A stretch of 64,000 nt of DNA from Alphaproteobacteria bacterium (GCA_021296325.1 JAGWAR010000004.1:53126-117125); one strand, 5' to 3'; shown: positions 22,053-32,171, numbered from the stretch's first letter. Program-made: numbers and translations. Notes: a model not told the origin generated them from the letters alone.

Positions 22053-23809
22053 TGTGCGGCATCGCCGGCATCATGAGCACCACGGGCACGTCGCCTTCGC
22101 CCGGCCAGCTGAAAACGCTTTCCGACGCCCTCGGCCATCGCGGGCCGGACGGGCAGGGCGTCCACGTGCAGGGCGCGACCGGCCTTGTCCATACGCGCCT
22201 CGCCATCATCGACCTTGAGACCGGCGACCAGCCGTTCGTTCATCCCGACGGCCCCGTGCTCGTCGCCAACGGCGAGATCTACAACCATGTCGAGCTCCGC
22301 AAGGCCCTCGCCGACTATTCCTTCCGCACGCGTTCCGACTGCGAGCCGCCCCTGCACCTCTATGCCCAGGCCGGCCTTCGGTTCATCGAGCGCCTGCGCG
22401 GCATGTACGGTCTGGCCCTCTACGACCCCCGCCGGGAATGCCTCGTCCTTGCCCGCGACCCCTTCGGGATCAAGCCGCTCTACTACGTGGAAACGGAAAC
22501 AAGCTTCGCCTTCGCCTCGGAACCCCAGGCCCTGATCAAGGCGGGCCTCGTGACGCCCAGTTTGCGTCCCCAAAGCCGGAACCAACTGCTCCAGCTTCAG
22601 TTCACGACCGGGCGCGAGACGATTTACGAAGGCATCCAGCGCGTGCTGCCGGGGGAAACCCTGATCGTCGAAAAGGGGCGCATCACCCACCGCGAACGCA
22701 TGCTGGCCTTGCCGGAAGGGGCGCCGGACACCCTGGACGAGGCGGACGCGCTGGTTTGGCTCGACACCATTCTTCGCGACAGCGTACGCGTCCATCAGCG
22801 CGCCGACGTGCCCTACGGGCTGTTCTTTTCCGGCGGCATCGATTCCTCCGTGCTGCTTGCTCTGATGGCGGAACTGAACGAACGGCCCGTCGCTGCCTTC
22901 ACGGCGGGCTTCCCCGGCACCGCGGCCAAGGACGAACGGGCCCATGCGCGAATGCTGGCCGAGGTGACCGGTGCCCAATATGTCGAGGTCGAATTCACCG
23001 AGGGCGACTTCTGGCAATACCTGCCGGAAATCGCCGGCGTGATGGACGACCCGGTGGCCGACTATGCGATCTTGCCGACCTGGAAACTGGCCCGCGCCGC
23101 AAGTCGCGATCTGAAGGTCGTGCTGTGTGGCGAGGGGGGCGACGAAATCTTCGGCGGCTATGGCCGCTACCGAAGCGCCATGCGCCTGCCCCTGCTGGGC
23201 CGCCGCCGGCTGCGTTCGCGTGGCATCTTCGATGGCCTGCACGTACTTCGGCAATCGCCCTCTGGCTGGCGGGAGGGAATCGCCGCGGCGGAGAAGGCAA
23301 GCAAGCGGCGTGACCGCACGCGCCTGCAGGTCGCCCAGGCGATCGATTGCGCGGACTGGTTGCCCCACGATCTGTTGACGAAGCTCGACCGTTGTCTGAT
23401 GGCGCACGGCGTCGAGGGGCGCACGCCCTTCCTCGATCGCGAGGTAGCCCGCGTCGCCTTTCGCCTGCCGGACCGGTTGAAGGTGCAGAACGGTCTGGGC
23501 AAATGGGCGCTTCGCAAATGGCTGGCCCAGAAGCTGCCGGCGTCGAAACCCTTTTCCGAGAAGCGCGGTTTCACGGTTCCGGTCATGGAGTGGATTGCGC
23601 GCAAGGGGACGACGCTGGGCCCCCTCGTCGCGCGCCAGCCGGCGGTCGAGGCAATCTGCATGCCGGGGTCCGTGGAGGCGCTGTTTCGCAGCCCCGGCAA
23701 GCGGGCGGGCTTTGCCGCCTGGTTGCTGCTTTTCTATGCGCTGTGGCACCGCCACCACCTGGAAGGCCGCCCTTCCACTGGCGATGTCTTTGAAACGCTT
23801 GACTTTTAA
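22052..23809 (+). CDS. Asparagine synthase (glutamine-hydrolysing) family protein
   Basis: 585 aa. N-terminal nucleophile MCGIAG. PP-loop FFSGGIDSS. Start overlaps the GT stop (TGATG). Confidence 0.85.
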   Translation: MCGIAGIMSTTGTSPSPGQLKTLSDALGHRGPDGQGVHVQGATGLVHTRLAIIDLETGDQPFVHPDGPVLVANGEIYNHVELRKALADYSFRTRSDCEPPLHLYAQAGLRFIERLRGMYGLALYDPRRECLVLARDPFGIKPLYYVETETSFAFASEPQALIKAGLVTPSLRPQSRNQLLQLQFTTGRETIYEGIQRVLPGETLIVEKGRITHRERMLALPEGAPDTLDEADALVWLDTILRDSVRVHQRADVPYGLFFSGGIDSSVLLALMAELNERPVAAFTAGFPGTAAKDERAHARMLAEVTGAQYVEVEFTEGDFWQYLPEIAGVMDDPVADYAILPTWKLARAASRDLKVVLCGEGGDEIFGGYGRYRSAMRLPLLGRRRLRSRGIFDGLHVLRQSPSGWREGIAAAEKASKRRDRTRLQVAQAIDCADWLPHDLLTKLDRCLMAHGVEGRTPFLDREVARVAFRLPDRLKVQNGLGKWALRKWLAQKLPASKPFSEKRGFTVPVMEWIARKGTTLGPLVARQPAVEAICMPGSVEALFRSPGKRAGFAAWLLLFYALWHRHHLEGRPSTGDVFETLDF

Positions 23810-23911
23810 GGCGTTCCCGCTTCAGGGAATGTTAAGTTTCTTAACCTAAAAATGGGCGCTGATTTGCGTCCGGGGCGTGCCTCTCGGACAGGGTGGACCT
23901 GAGAGAAAAGC

Positions 23912-25435
23912 ATGCGCCGTTTCTTCTCCCTTCATCGGCTTGCTTCCTTTTCCATGCTGCGGATCATGGTTTTCATGAATCTGGCCGCCGCCGTGGCGCT
24001 GCTTGGCGGCGTCGGGCTTCACCTTGGCTACGTCACGCCGGTTGCGCTCTTCCTCTTCGTCACGCTCTTGCTTTTGCAATTCGCCGTCTATCGCTTTCTC
24101 ATGCGTTCCCTGCATCAGCTGGATTGCACCGTGACGCGCATCCAGGACGGCAACCTGGCCGAACCGGTGCCCATGATCGAAGGCCCGCAGGAAATCGTCG
24201 TGCAGAACCGGGGCATCGTGAAAATGCGCGAATCGCTGAACCGGCTGACTTCGGAATTGCACGCGAAGGTCGCCACGCAGACCACCGCGATTGAACGGCA
24301 CAACCTTCAGCTCGGCCTTATTCTCGAGAACATGGCCCATGGCGTCATCCTGTATGAGCCGAACGGCGACCTCGCCTTTCGCAACCAAAAGGCGATGGAC
24401 CTGCTGGAGTGCGCCGGCGACGAGCTTCGCCCCGGCACGAGGATCTCGGAATGGCTGGGGCTCATCGCGGACCGTTACCAGGCGCCGCCCGACATGTCGC
24501 GTTCGGACATGATCGAATTGCTGAAAGGCGAGGGTGGCGGCATCCCCCAGGAATTCATGCTGCCTTTTCAAAGCGGGCGCACCGTCCGGGTCATCTACCG
24601 GCCGATCGAGACCGGCGGGTTTCTCCACACCTGCGAGGACATCACCGAACGCCTGCGCCACGAAGAGGAATTGGAAGTAAGCAAACGCGAAGCCGAAGAG
24701 GCCAACAAGGCGAAGTCGCAATTCCTCGCCAACATGAGTCACGAATTGCGCACGCCATTGAACGCCATCATCGGCTTCTCGGAGCTCATTCTCGACGGTT
24801 CGGTCGGCAAGATCGAGAATCCGAAAATCCGGGACTACCTCGAAGACCTGCACGAATGCGGCCGTCACCTGTTGTCGTTGATCAACGACATTCTGGACCT
24901 TAGCAAGGCGGACGCCGGCGGGCTCGACATCGAATGGCAATCCGTCAGCACGGCGAAGGTGATGGAGGAATCCGTGCGCTTCATGTCGGACACGGCGCGC
25001 CGCCAGCGCGTCGATCTGACCTGCGAGGCCGATGCAGACCTGCCGCGCATCTGGAGCAACGAACGTCGCCTGCGTCAGGTCCTGCTCAATCTGCTTTCGA
25101 ACGCAATCAAGTTCACGCCGGATGGCGGGCGGGTCACGGCGACGGCAAAGTTGCACGAATCCGGCGATATTCTGCTGACGATTACGGACACCGGGATCGG
25201 GATGACCCAGCAGGAACTCGTGCAGGCCTTTCGCCCCTTCCAGCAGATCGAATCCTCGCTTTCCCGGCGCTACCAGGGCACCGGGCTGGGATTGTCGTTG
25301 ACCCAGCGGCTGGTCGAGGTGCTGGCCGGCCAGCTGTCGGTCGAAAGCGAGCCGGGCAAGGGCACGCGCGTCACCGTTCGCTTCGTCAGCTCCGATTTCC
25401 CGGAGGCGACCGGCACGGCCAGGGAGGCCGTCTAG
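23912..25435 (+). CDS. Membrane sensor histidine kinase (TM-HAMP-PAS-HisKA-HATPase)
   Basis: 507 aa. Two N-terminal TM helices. H-box [14 protein letters not shown] boxes LLNLLSNAIKFT, DTGIGM, GTGLGLSL. Confidence 0.88.
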   Translation: MRRFFSLHRLASFSMLRIMVFMNLAAAVALLGGVGLHLGYVTPVALFLFVTLLLLQFAVYRFLMRSLHQLDCTVTRIQDGNLAEPVPMIEGPQEIVVQNRGIVKMRESLNRLTSELHAKVATQTTAIERHNLQLGLILENMAHGVILYEPNGDLAFRNQKAMDLLECAGDELRPGTRISEWLGLIADRYQAPPDMSRSDMIELLKGEGGGIPQEFMLPFQSGRTVRVIYRPIETGGFLHTCEDITERLRHEEELEVSKREAEEANKAKSQFLANMSHELRTPLNAIIGFSELILDGSVGKIENPKIRDYLEDLHECGRHLLSLINDILDLSKADAGGLDIEWQSVSTAKVMEESVRFMSDTARRQRVDLTCEADADLPRIWSNERRLRQVLLNLLSNAIKFTPDGGRVTATAKLHESGDILLTITDTGIGMTQQELVQAFRPFQQIESSLSRRYQGTGLGLSLTQRLVEVLAGQLSVESEPGKGTRVTVRFVSSDFPEATGTAREAV

Positions 25436-25527
25436 GCGCCGTTCCCCCCGTACTTTCGTTTTTGCCGGCGGGCGATCCGTCGAAAGCGCTTGCGATGTTG
25501 CCTTGAGGGCCTAGAATTTCCTCCATC

Positions 25528-26871
25528 ATGGCAGGCGGCTTCGATCTTGTGCTCAAGCGTGGAACCTGTGTCACGCCGAAGGGCACGCTGGTTGCCGACA
25601 TCGGTGTGAGGGAAGGCGTCGTCGCCGCCATCGGCGATCTGGGCCGGCAACCGGCGGCCGACACGATCGATGCCTCCCACCTGCACGTGCTTCCCGGCGT
25701 CATCGACACCCAGGTCCATTTCCGCGAACCGGGGATGGAACACAAGGAAGACATCGCAACCGGCACGCTGGCCGCCGTGAAGGGCGGGGTGACGACCGTC
25801 TTTGAAATGCCGAACACGAAGCCGCCGACGACCGGCGAGGCGGAGCTTGCCGACAAATTCGCCCGCGCCAGGGGCCGGGCCTGGACCGACATCGCCTTCT
25901 TCATTGGCGCCACGCCCGAGAACGCCGACCGGCTGGGTGCGCTGGAGCGCCTGCCGGGCGTTTCCGGCGTGAAACTCTTCATGGGCAGTTCGACCGGCAC
26001 GCTGCTGGTTGCCGAGGACGCCGCGATCGAGCGCGTGCTTCGCGCCGGGGTGCGCCGCCTGGCCGCCCATTGCGAGGACGAGACCCGGCTGAAGGCGCGC
26101 CACGCCCTCGCCGTCGAAGGCGGCACGCCCCATTTCCATCCCGTCTGGCGGGACGAGGAAACGGCCGTTAATGCGACGCGCCGCCTGATCGGGCTTGCCC
26201 GCAAGACCGGGCGCAAGGTGCACGTGCTGCACGTGACGACGGCGGGCGAAATGGCGCTTCTGGGTCAGGCCCGCGACGTCGCCAGCGTCGAGGTGACGCC
26301 GCAGCACCTGACCCTGGCCGCGCCTGACTGTTACGACGCGCTCGGCACGCTCGCCCAGATGAATCCGCCGATCCGCGATGACAGCCACCGCAAGGCGCTG
26401 TGGCAGGCGGTGGCCGACGGCATCGTCGACGTCGTCGGTTCCGACCACGCCCCCCACACGCTCGAGGAGAAGGCAAAGCCCTACCCGCAAAGCCCGGCCG
26501 GCATGCCCGGCGTGCAGACGCTGGTGCCGCTCCTGCTCAACCATCTGCACGAGGGCCGGCTGTCGCTGGAACGCCTCGTCGAGCTGACCAGCCGCCGCGC
26601 CGCCGAGCTTTACGGCATCCTTGGCAAGGGGGCGATCGAGGTGGGATTCGACGCCGACTTCACAATCGTCGACCTTTCGGCCCGGCGGCGGATCGCGAAC
26701 AGCTGGATCGCCAGCAAGGTCGGCTGGACGCCGTTCGACGGGATGGAGGTGACCGGCTGGCCGCGGATGACGCTGCTGCGGGGCGAGCTTGTCATGCGCG
26801 AGGACGAGGTTTTGGGTCAGGCCCGGGGCCGGCCCGTCCGGTTCCGGGAAACCGCCACCGAAAAGCATTGA
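25528..26871 (+). CDS. Dihydroorotase-family cyclic amidohydrolase
   Basis: 447 aa. GVIDTQVHFREPGMEHKEDIATGT, KLFMG, AHCED, HVLHVTT, GSDHAPH. No pyrB lies adjacent. Confidence 0.75.
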   Translation: MAGGFDLVLKRGTCVTPKGTLVADIGVREGVVAAIGDLGRQPAADTIDASHLHVLPGVIDTQVHFREPGMEHKEDIATGTLAAVKGGVTTVFEMPNTKPPTTGEAELADKFARARGRAWTDIAFFIGATPENADRLGALERLPGVSGVKLFMGSSTGTLLVAEDAAIERVLRAGVRRLAAHCEDETRLKARHALAVEGGTPHFHPVWRDEETAVNATRRLIGLARKTGRKVHVLHVTTAGEMALLGQARDVASVEVTPQHLTLAAPDCYDALGTLAQMNPPIRDDSHRKALWQAVADGIVDVVGSDHAPHTLEEKAKPYPQSPAGMPGVQTLVPLLLNHLHEGRLSLERLVELTSRRAAELYGILGKGAIEVGFDADFTIVDLSARRRIANSWIASKVGWTPFDGMEVTGWPRMTLLRGELVMREDEVLGQARGRPVRFRETATEKH

Positions 26872-26999
26872 TATGTCAATGATATCAAAGAGCTAGAAAG
26901 TTAATCAAAACCATACTATATTTTCCAAGACTGGGGGTGGGACCGGAAGGAGGCGGCACGAAACGCCTTTCCTTCTGCTCATAGGAACGGAGAAACGCT

Positions 27000-27581
27000 A
27001 TGCAGAAGCTGGTTACCATTGCAGCCACCCTCGCCGTCCTGGTCGCCCTGCTCGGGACCGTTTGGGTTGTTCGCGAACTCGGCAAGAAAGAAGCGCAGGA
27101 AGCCGCCCTTGCCGAAACCGTCACGCCGGGCGCTGTCGGGGAAGACGGCGAAGTCGATCATCTGAAGGCCGGCTACGACTTCTATTACGGTGGCAAGCTT
27201 GTGGAAGCCGCCGCCGAATACCATCTGGCCGCGGAGGCGGGCGATCCCGTCGCCCAACGCAATCTTGGGTTCCTGTACCAGCGTGGCCACGGGGTCGATC
27301 CGGACCCCAAGATCGCCATGCTGTGGTACCGCAAGGCGGCCGACCAGGGGCATCGTGCCGCCTATAACAACATCGGATTCCTTTACGTGGCCGGTTTGGG
27401 TGTCAAACAGGATTTCGTTCAGGCCCACTACTGGTACACGAAGGCGGTCGTCGCCGGCAGCAAGGAAGGCAAGCGTCTGCGTGAAGTGATTCTGAAGAAA
27501 ATGACGAAGGAACAGGTCGACGCGGCCATCAAGCTTGCCCGTGACAATGGCGTTGAGGAAGAGAGCCTGCTGGATTTCTGA
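27000..27581 (+). CDS. Sel1-like repeat protein with an N-terminal membrane anchor or signal peptide
   Basis: 193 aa. TM LVTIAATLAVLVALLGTVWVV. Sel1 repeats (GDPVAQRNLGFLYQRGHGV, WYRKAADQGHRAAYNNIGFLY, WYTKAV). Confidence 0.8.
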   Translation: MQKLVTIAATLAVLVALLGTVWVVRELGKKEAQEAALAETVTPGAVGEDGEVDHLKAGYDFYYGGKLVEAAAEYHLAAEAGDPVAQRNLGFLYQRGHGVDPDPKIAMLWYRKAADQGHRAAYNNIGFLYVAGLGVKQDFVQAHYWYTKAVVAGSKEGKRLREVILKKMTKEQVDAAIKLARDNGVEEESLLDF

Positions 27582-27600
27582 TCGGCGATGTGTCTTCGAG

Positions 27601-27628
27601 AAAAAAGGAGGCTTTGACCTCCTTTTTT
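27601..27628. terminator. Rho-independent, bidirectional-looking terminator
   Basis: AAAAAAGGAGG-CTTTGA-CCTCCTTTTTT, a perfect stem flanked by A and T runs, 20 nt after the Sel1 gene stop. Confidence 0.8.
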
Positions 27629-27687
27629 CATGGGCGCTCTGCTAGAGTCGTGCCGGGAAGGAAGCAAACGAAAAGGGAGAGGAATCC

Positions 27688-28314
27688 GTGACCACGGTCA
27701 CAATTTTTGGATTCCCGCAAAGCACTTACGTGCGGACCGTTCGCATGACGTGCGAGGAAAAGGGCGTCCCCTACGTCCTGGAGCCCGTCGAGTGGGGGGC
27801 GCCGTCGCACCGTGCCCGCCATCCCTTTCTTCGCATTCCCGCCTTTCAGCACGACGGTTTCACCTTGTACGAATCGCTCGCCATTGCGCGCTACGTGGAC
27901 CGGGCCTTCGCGGGCCCGCCGCTCCAGCCCCAGGAGCCGAAGGAAGCGGGGCGCATGGACCAGTGGATCAGCGCGATCGGCGACTACTTCTACCAGACGA
28001 TGATCCGCGAACTCGTCTTTCCGCGGCTGGTGGCGCCGTCCCGCGGGCAGGCGCCGGACGAGGCGGTGATCGCCAAGGCCGTGCCAAAGGCCGAAGGCCT
28101 GCTCGCCGCCACCGACGCCACCCTTGCCGAGGATGCCTATCTGGCGGGGCCGATGGTCACCCTGGCCGATCTCTACCTGGTGCCGATCCTGTTCTGGCTC
28201 TCGAAGACGCCGGAAGGCGCGCCGCTTCTCGACGCGGCCCCCGCCGTTTCCCGTTGGTACGCGGCGATGGAGCAGCGCCCGTCCTTCGCCGCCACCCTGC
28301 CGCCGGCGCCGTAA
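27688..28314 (+). CDS. Glutathione S-transferase
   Basis: 208 aa, GTG start. N-terminal thioredoxin-like fold (IFGFPQSTYVRTVRMTCEEKGVPY...ESLAIARYVD). Confidence 0.8.
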   Translation: MTTVTIFGFPQSTYVRTVRMTCEEKGVPYVLEPVEWGAPSHRARHPFLRIPAFQHDGFTLYESLAIARYVDRAFAGPPLQPQEPKEAGRMDQWISAIGDYFYQTMIRELVFPRLVAPSRGQAPDEAVIAKAVPKAEGLLAATDATLAEDAYLAGPMVTLADLYLVPILFWLSKTPEGAPLLDAAPAVSRWYAAMEQRPSFAATLPPAP

Positions 28315-28337
28315 CGCCCGTGGACGGAGAATCCCCC

Positions 28338-29591
28338 ATGAAGGAAGCTACCGCCCCCCGCCACGCAGACCTGAAGACGCGCTACCGGGCCGTGCGTGCC
28401 CGCACCGATGCGCTTGCCGCGCGCCTCTCGCCGGAGGACCAGGCCGTCCAGTCGATGCCGGACGCAAGCCCCACGAAATGGCACCTCGCCCATACGACGT
28501 GGTTCTTCGAGGCCTTCCTGCTGCACCCCTTCTTCGAAGGCTACGACGCCTTTCATCCGGACTATGGCTACCTCTTCAACTCCTATTACGAGGCGGCCGG
28601 CGATCGCCACCCGCGGTCCGAACGCGGCCTGCTCACCCGGCCCGGCCTCGACGAGGTCCTGGCCTACCGCGCCCACGTGGACCGGGCGATGGAAGGGCTG
28701 CTCGACGGGGCAGGGACAGACGCCGCCGCCCTGGCCGTGCTCGGCCTCAACCACGAGGAACAGCATCAGGAACTGATCCTCACCGATATCCTGCACCTCT
28801 TTTCCCAAAACCGGTTGAAGCCGGCCTACGCACCTTACCAGCCGGCGCCGGTGCCGGTGCCGCGCGCGCTGGCCTGGACCGATTTTCCGGGCGGCATCAC
28901 CCCCATCGGCGCGGAAGGCTCGGGCTTTGCCTATGACAACGAACGGCCTCGCCACGACGTGCTGCTGCGCCCCTATCGCCTGGCCTCCCGCGCCGTCACG
29001 AATGGCGAGTGGCAGGCCTTCCTCGCCGACGGCGGCTACGAACGGCCCGAACTCTGGCTTTCGGACGGCTGGGCCTGGGTGCGCGCGGAAGGCGTTGCCG
29101 CCCCCCTTTACTGGGAGATGCGCGAAGGCGCGTGGGGGTCGATGACGTTGGCCGGTTTCAAACCCGTCGAGGCGGCAAGCCCGGTCGTCCATGTCAGCTT
29201 CTACGAGGCCGACGCTTTCGCCCGCTGGGCCGGCAAGCGGCTGCCCTCGGAAGCGGAATGGGAGGCCGCCGCCGCCACCGTGCCGCCGCTTGGCAACACG
29301 CTGGGCACGGGCCTCCTGCGTCCCGTCGCGGCGGAGACGGAAGGCCTGGCCCAGCTTTTCGGCGACGTCTGGGAATGGACCCAAAGCGCCTACGCCCCCT
29401 ATCCGGGCTACCGTGCCCCGGCCGGCGCCCTCGGCGAATACAACGGCAAGTTCATGTGCAACCAGCTGGTGTTGCGCGGCGGCTCCTGCGTCACGCCGGA
29501 CGGCCACGTGCGGGCAAGTTACCGCAACTTCTTCTACCCGCATCAGCGCTGGCAGTTCAGCGGGCTTCGTCTCGCGGAGGACGCGGCATGA
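28338..29591 (+). CDS. egtB: Hercynine oxygenase / sulfoxide synthase EgtB
   Basis: 417 aa from ATG 28338. DinB-like N-terminus (KWHLAHTTWFFE), NHEEQHQELI, FGE-sulfatase-like C-terminus (GDVWEWTQS, RGGSC). Confidence 0.9.
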   Translation: MKEATAPRHADLKTRYRAVRARTDALAARLSPEDQAVQSMPDASPTKWHLAHTTWFFEAFLLHPFFEGYDAFHPDYGYLFNSYYEAAGDRHPRSERGLLTRPGLDEVLAYRAHVDRAMEGLLDGAGTDAAALAVLGLNHEEQHQELILTDILHLFSQNRLKPAYAPYQPAPVPVPRALAWTDFPGGITPIGAEGSGFAYDNERPRHDVLLRPYRLASRAVTNGEWQAFLADGGYERPELWLSDGWAWVRAEGVAAPLYWEMREGAWGSMTLAGFKPVEAASPVVHVSFYEADAFARWAGKRLPSEAEWEAAAATVPPLGNTLGTGLLRPVAAETEGLAQLFGDVWEWTQSAYAPYPGYRAPAGALGEYNGKFMCNQLVLRGGSCVTPDGHVRASYRNFFYPHQRWQFSGLRLAEDAA

Positions 29592-30568
29592 CGCCGGCGC
29601 AGGGCAAACTGGACTTGCGCGAAGGCTTCGACGAAGCCGGCGCCATCAAGGACGACTTCCGCCGCGCCGTTCTGGAGGGGCTTGGCCAGCGCCCGAAATG
29701 GATTCCCTGCAAATATCTCTACGACGCCCGCGGCTCGGCCCTGTTCGAGGAAATCTGCAAGCTCGACGAGTACTACCCGACCCGCACCGAACTTGCGCTT
29801 CTGCACCGCCATTCCGACGAGATCGCCTCGCTCGTCGGTCCCAACGCCAACGTCATCGAATTCGGCAGCGGCTCCTCCCGCAAGATCCGCATCCTGCTGG
29901 ATACCTTCGAAAAGCCGGCCGCCTACGTGTCGGTCGACATTTCCAGGGAACATCTGCTGCAGGAAGCGCAGCGCCTTGCGGTCGATTACGACGGCCTTTC
30001 CGTCATCCCGATTCACGCCGACTACACGCAAGGCCTCGAATTTCCCGCCAGCGTCTTCGAAAGCCCGCGCGTCGGTTTCTTTCCGGGCTCGAATATCGGC
30101 AATTTCGCGCCCGCCGACGCGTTCCGCTTCCTTCAGGAACTTTCCCGCTCGATGGGCGAAAAAAGCGGCTTTCTGGTCGGCGTCGACCTGAAGAAGGACG
30201 AACGCATCCTCGCCGCCGCCTACAACGACGCCAGGGGCATCACGGCCGCCTTCAACACGAATTTGCTGGTGCGCATCAACCGCGAGCTCGCCGGCGATTT
30301 CGACCTTGCGGGCTTCGTCCACGAGGCCCCCTACAATGCCGAGAAGGGCCGCATCGAGATGCACCTGAAAAGCGTGCGCCCCCAGACCGTCCGTGTCGAA
30401 GGCCACCGCTTTGCCTTCGCCGAAGGCGAGACGATCCACACCGAAAGTTCCTACAAATACGCCGCCGACGAATTCCAGGCCCTGGCCGAGGACGCCGGCT
30501 GGCGGCCGGTCGCCTGCTGGCAGGACCCGAACCGGCTGTTCAGCCTGCACTATCTGGAAACCGCCTGA
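29588..30568 (+). CDS. egtD: L-histidine N-alpha-methyltransferase EgtD
   Basis: 326 aa. ATGA overlap with egtB. KYLYDARGSALFEEICKLDEYYPTRTE, EFGSGSSRK, TESSYKY. Confidence 0.9.
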   Translation: MTPAQGKLDLREGFDEAGAIKDDFRRAVLEGLGQRPKWIPCKYLYDARGSALFEEICKLDEYYPTRTELALLHRHSDEIASLVGPNANVIEFGSGSSRKIRILLDTFEKPAAYVSVDISREHLLQEAQRLAVDYDGLSVIPIHADYTQGLEFPASVFESPRVGFFPGSNIGNFAPADAFRFLQELSRSMGEKSGFLVGVDLKKDERILAAAYNDARGITAAFNTNLLVRINRELAGDFDLAGFVHEAPYNAEKGRIEMHLKSVRPQTVRVEGHRFAFAEGETIHTESSYKYAADEFQALAEDAGWRPVACWQDPNRLFSLHYLETA

Positions 30569-30574
30569 GGCGGT

Positions 30575-31378
30575 TTAGCGCGCCTTCGGCCGTGCCGTTT
30601 TTTCGCCACCGATGTAAAGCGTGTCGACGCGCTCGTTGTAGAAGGCAAGCCTCCCCTTGATCTCGGGCAGGGCGTGGTGCGGGGTCTCGTAGACCCAGGC
30701 AATGTCCGGGTAGTCCTTGTCCCCGATCCGGGCCGAGTAATAGCCCGCCTCTCCCTTGTAGGGACAGTGGGTTCGCGTCGGTGACGGGCGAAGGCGCTCC
30801 ATGGCGACGTCCGCCTTCGGCAGGTAGTAGCGCACCGGCAGGGTCGTCTCGAACAGGAAGACGGCGTCCTCCGATTCGCCGACGACCTTGCCGCCAAGCT
30901 CGATCCGGACGGTTCGGCGGCTCCGCCGGACGTCGATCCGGCGATAGGGGTGGGCGGGATGCACGAAGACTTCCTCGTCCTCTTCGAACCAGTGGTCCAT
31001 CCGCTCCCAGTCGAAGGCAAGATGCCCCTTGAGGGCGCCGGCCTCCTTCGCCGGGGAGGCAAACCCGTGGGCGGTATCCTGGGCGGCCCGCCCGCCCACG
31101 TTGAGCGACCATAGCGTTACCTCCCCAAGGGAGGAGGCGCGTGTTTTCCGGGACGTTTCTTCGAGGAACTCGGTGCGGATATCCTCGATGGGAAAGTAGT
31201 AGACGGGAATCCGGTTCCCCTCCATCAACAGCAGGGCCCGTGTCGTGTCCGCGATCGTCTCGCCCCCGAAGACGACGCGCACGCGCTTCGGACTCGGCTC
31301 GACGAGAACGCGATGGGCAAGATCCGTCACGGCAGGCACCTCCCGCCCGATTCTGCGAAGAAGTCCCGCCGCAATCAA
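30575..31378 (-). CDS. Tandem DUF427 domain protein
   Basis: 267 aa with two similar halves (VRVVFGGETIADTTRALLLMEGNRIPVYYFP and VRIELGGKVVGESEDAVFLFETTLPVRYYLP). Confidence 0.7.
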   Translation of the reverse strand: MIAAGLLRRIGREVPAVTDLAHRVLVEPSPKRVRVVFGGETIADTTRALLLMEGNRIPVYYFPIEDIRTEFLEETSRKTRASSLGEVTLWSLNVGGRAAQDTAHGFASPAKEAGALKGHLAFDWERMDHWFEEDEEVFVHPAHPYRRIDVRRSRRTVRIELGGKVVGESEDAVFLFETTLPVRYYLPKADVAMERLRPSPTRTHCPYKGEAGYYSARIGDKDYPDIAWVYETPHHALPEIKGRLAFYNERVDTLYIGGEKTARPKAR

Positions 31379-31403
31379 CCCGCTTGGCCGGAAGCGCGCG
31401 GCC

Positions 31404-32099
31404 TTAAGGGTTCAGGTACAGCCACCAGTGGGTTTCGTTCACGGAATAGACCGGTTGGTAGTGCCGGACGCCGGAGGCCGGGACGACAACGTTGATCTGG
31501 TTGTCGAGAACAAACGCCTGGTCGTTTAGATAGACCGCCAGCACCGCGTGAGGGATGCGCAGGTTCAGATCCTGCAGGACGACGATCCGCAAATCCGCGT
31601 TTGAAAAACCCAGCTCGCGCAGAGACAGAAACTTCGCAATCGCGTAGTCCTCGCAATCGCCCCGCCGGTTCAGATGCTCGTCGGGCACGGCCCAGTAGTC
31701 CGGAACCCCGTAATTGATCGGATCGGTCAGGTAGGAAACGTGGTTGATGTAACGGTTGACTTCCTCAAGCTGGGTGTGCCGGCTCTTGCCGCGCAGCCCC
31801 TCGAGAAACCGGCGCCATTCCTTCAGGTGACAACGGGTGAAGAAGCTTTCCTCGCAGCCGCCCTCGGCCACGTCGCGTCCTTCGAAGTAACGGGCCAGCG
31901 TGCCCGTCCATTTCGGAAAGGCCGAAAGGTTGGACGAACCCTGGGACACCTTGCCGAAAAGTCCGCGCCCGTCCGTCAACGCCGCCATCTCTTCCGAAAG
32001 CGCCGGCGGCGCCCCAAGCGACAGCAGCAGCAACGCCCCGGCGAGGATGTAAACCCACCCGTCTTTTCTTCTCGGCCGGTCCATTTGCCACGGCGTCAT
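31404..32099 (-). CDS. Periplasmic bacterial transglutaminase-like cysteine proteinase (BTLCP, LapG family)
   Basis: 231 aa. Signal peptide (WVYILAGALLLLSLGAPPALS). Catalytic-triad contexts RRGDCEDYAIAKF (Cys), IPHAVLAV (His), FVLDN (Asp). Confidence 0.8.
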   Translation of the reverse strand: MTPWQMDRPRRKDGWVYILAGALLLLSLGAPPALSEEMAALTDGRGLFGKVSQGSSNLSAFPKWTGTLARYFEGRDVAEGGCEESFFTRCHLKEWRRFLEGLRGKSRHTQLEEVNRYINHVSYLTDPINYGVPDYWAVPDEHLNRRGDCEDYAIAKFLSLRELGFSNADLRIVVLQDLNLRIPHAVLAVYLNDQAFVLDNQINVVVPASGVRHYQPVYSVNETHWWLYLNP

Positions 32100-32171
32100 G
32101 CCTGCAACCCTTCATCCTTCCTGGATCGGCTGAAGTCTACGCGCCCGTCTTTAAGGATTTCCTAAGGGGTC

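Noticed and set aside
25528-26871. Dihydroorotase-family protein reads QVH where the classic HxH metal motif is expected (VIDTQVHFREPG), suggesting an inactive PyrC-prime
   Set aside because: All other metal ligands appear present (KLFMG, AHCED, HVLHVTT, DHAPH). I recall the DxQVHFREPG variant as a normal trait of one active dihydroorotase subfamily. I do not flag it without an alignment.
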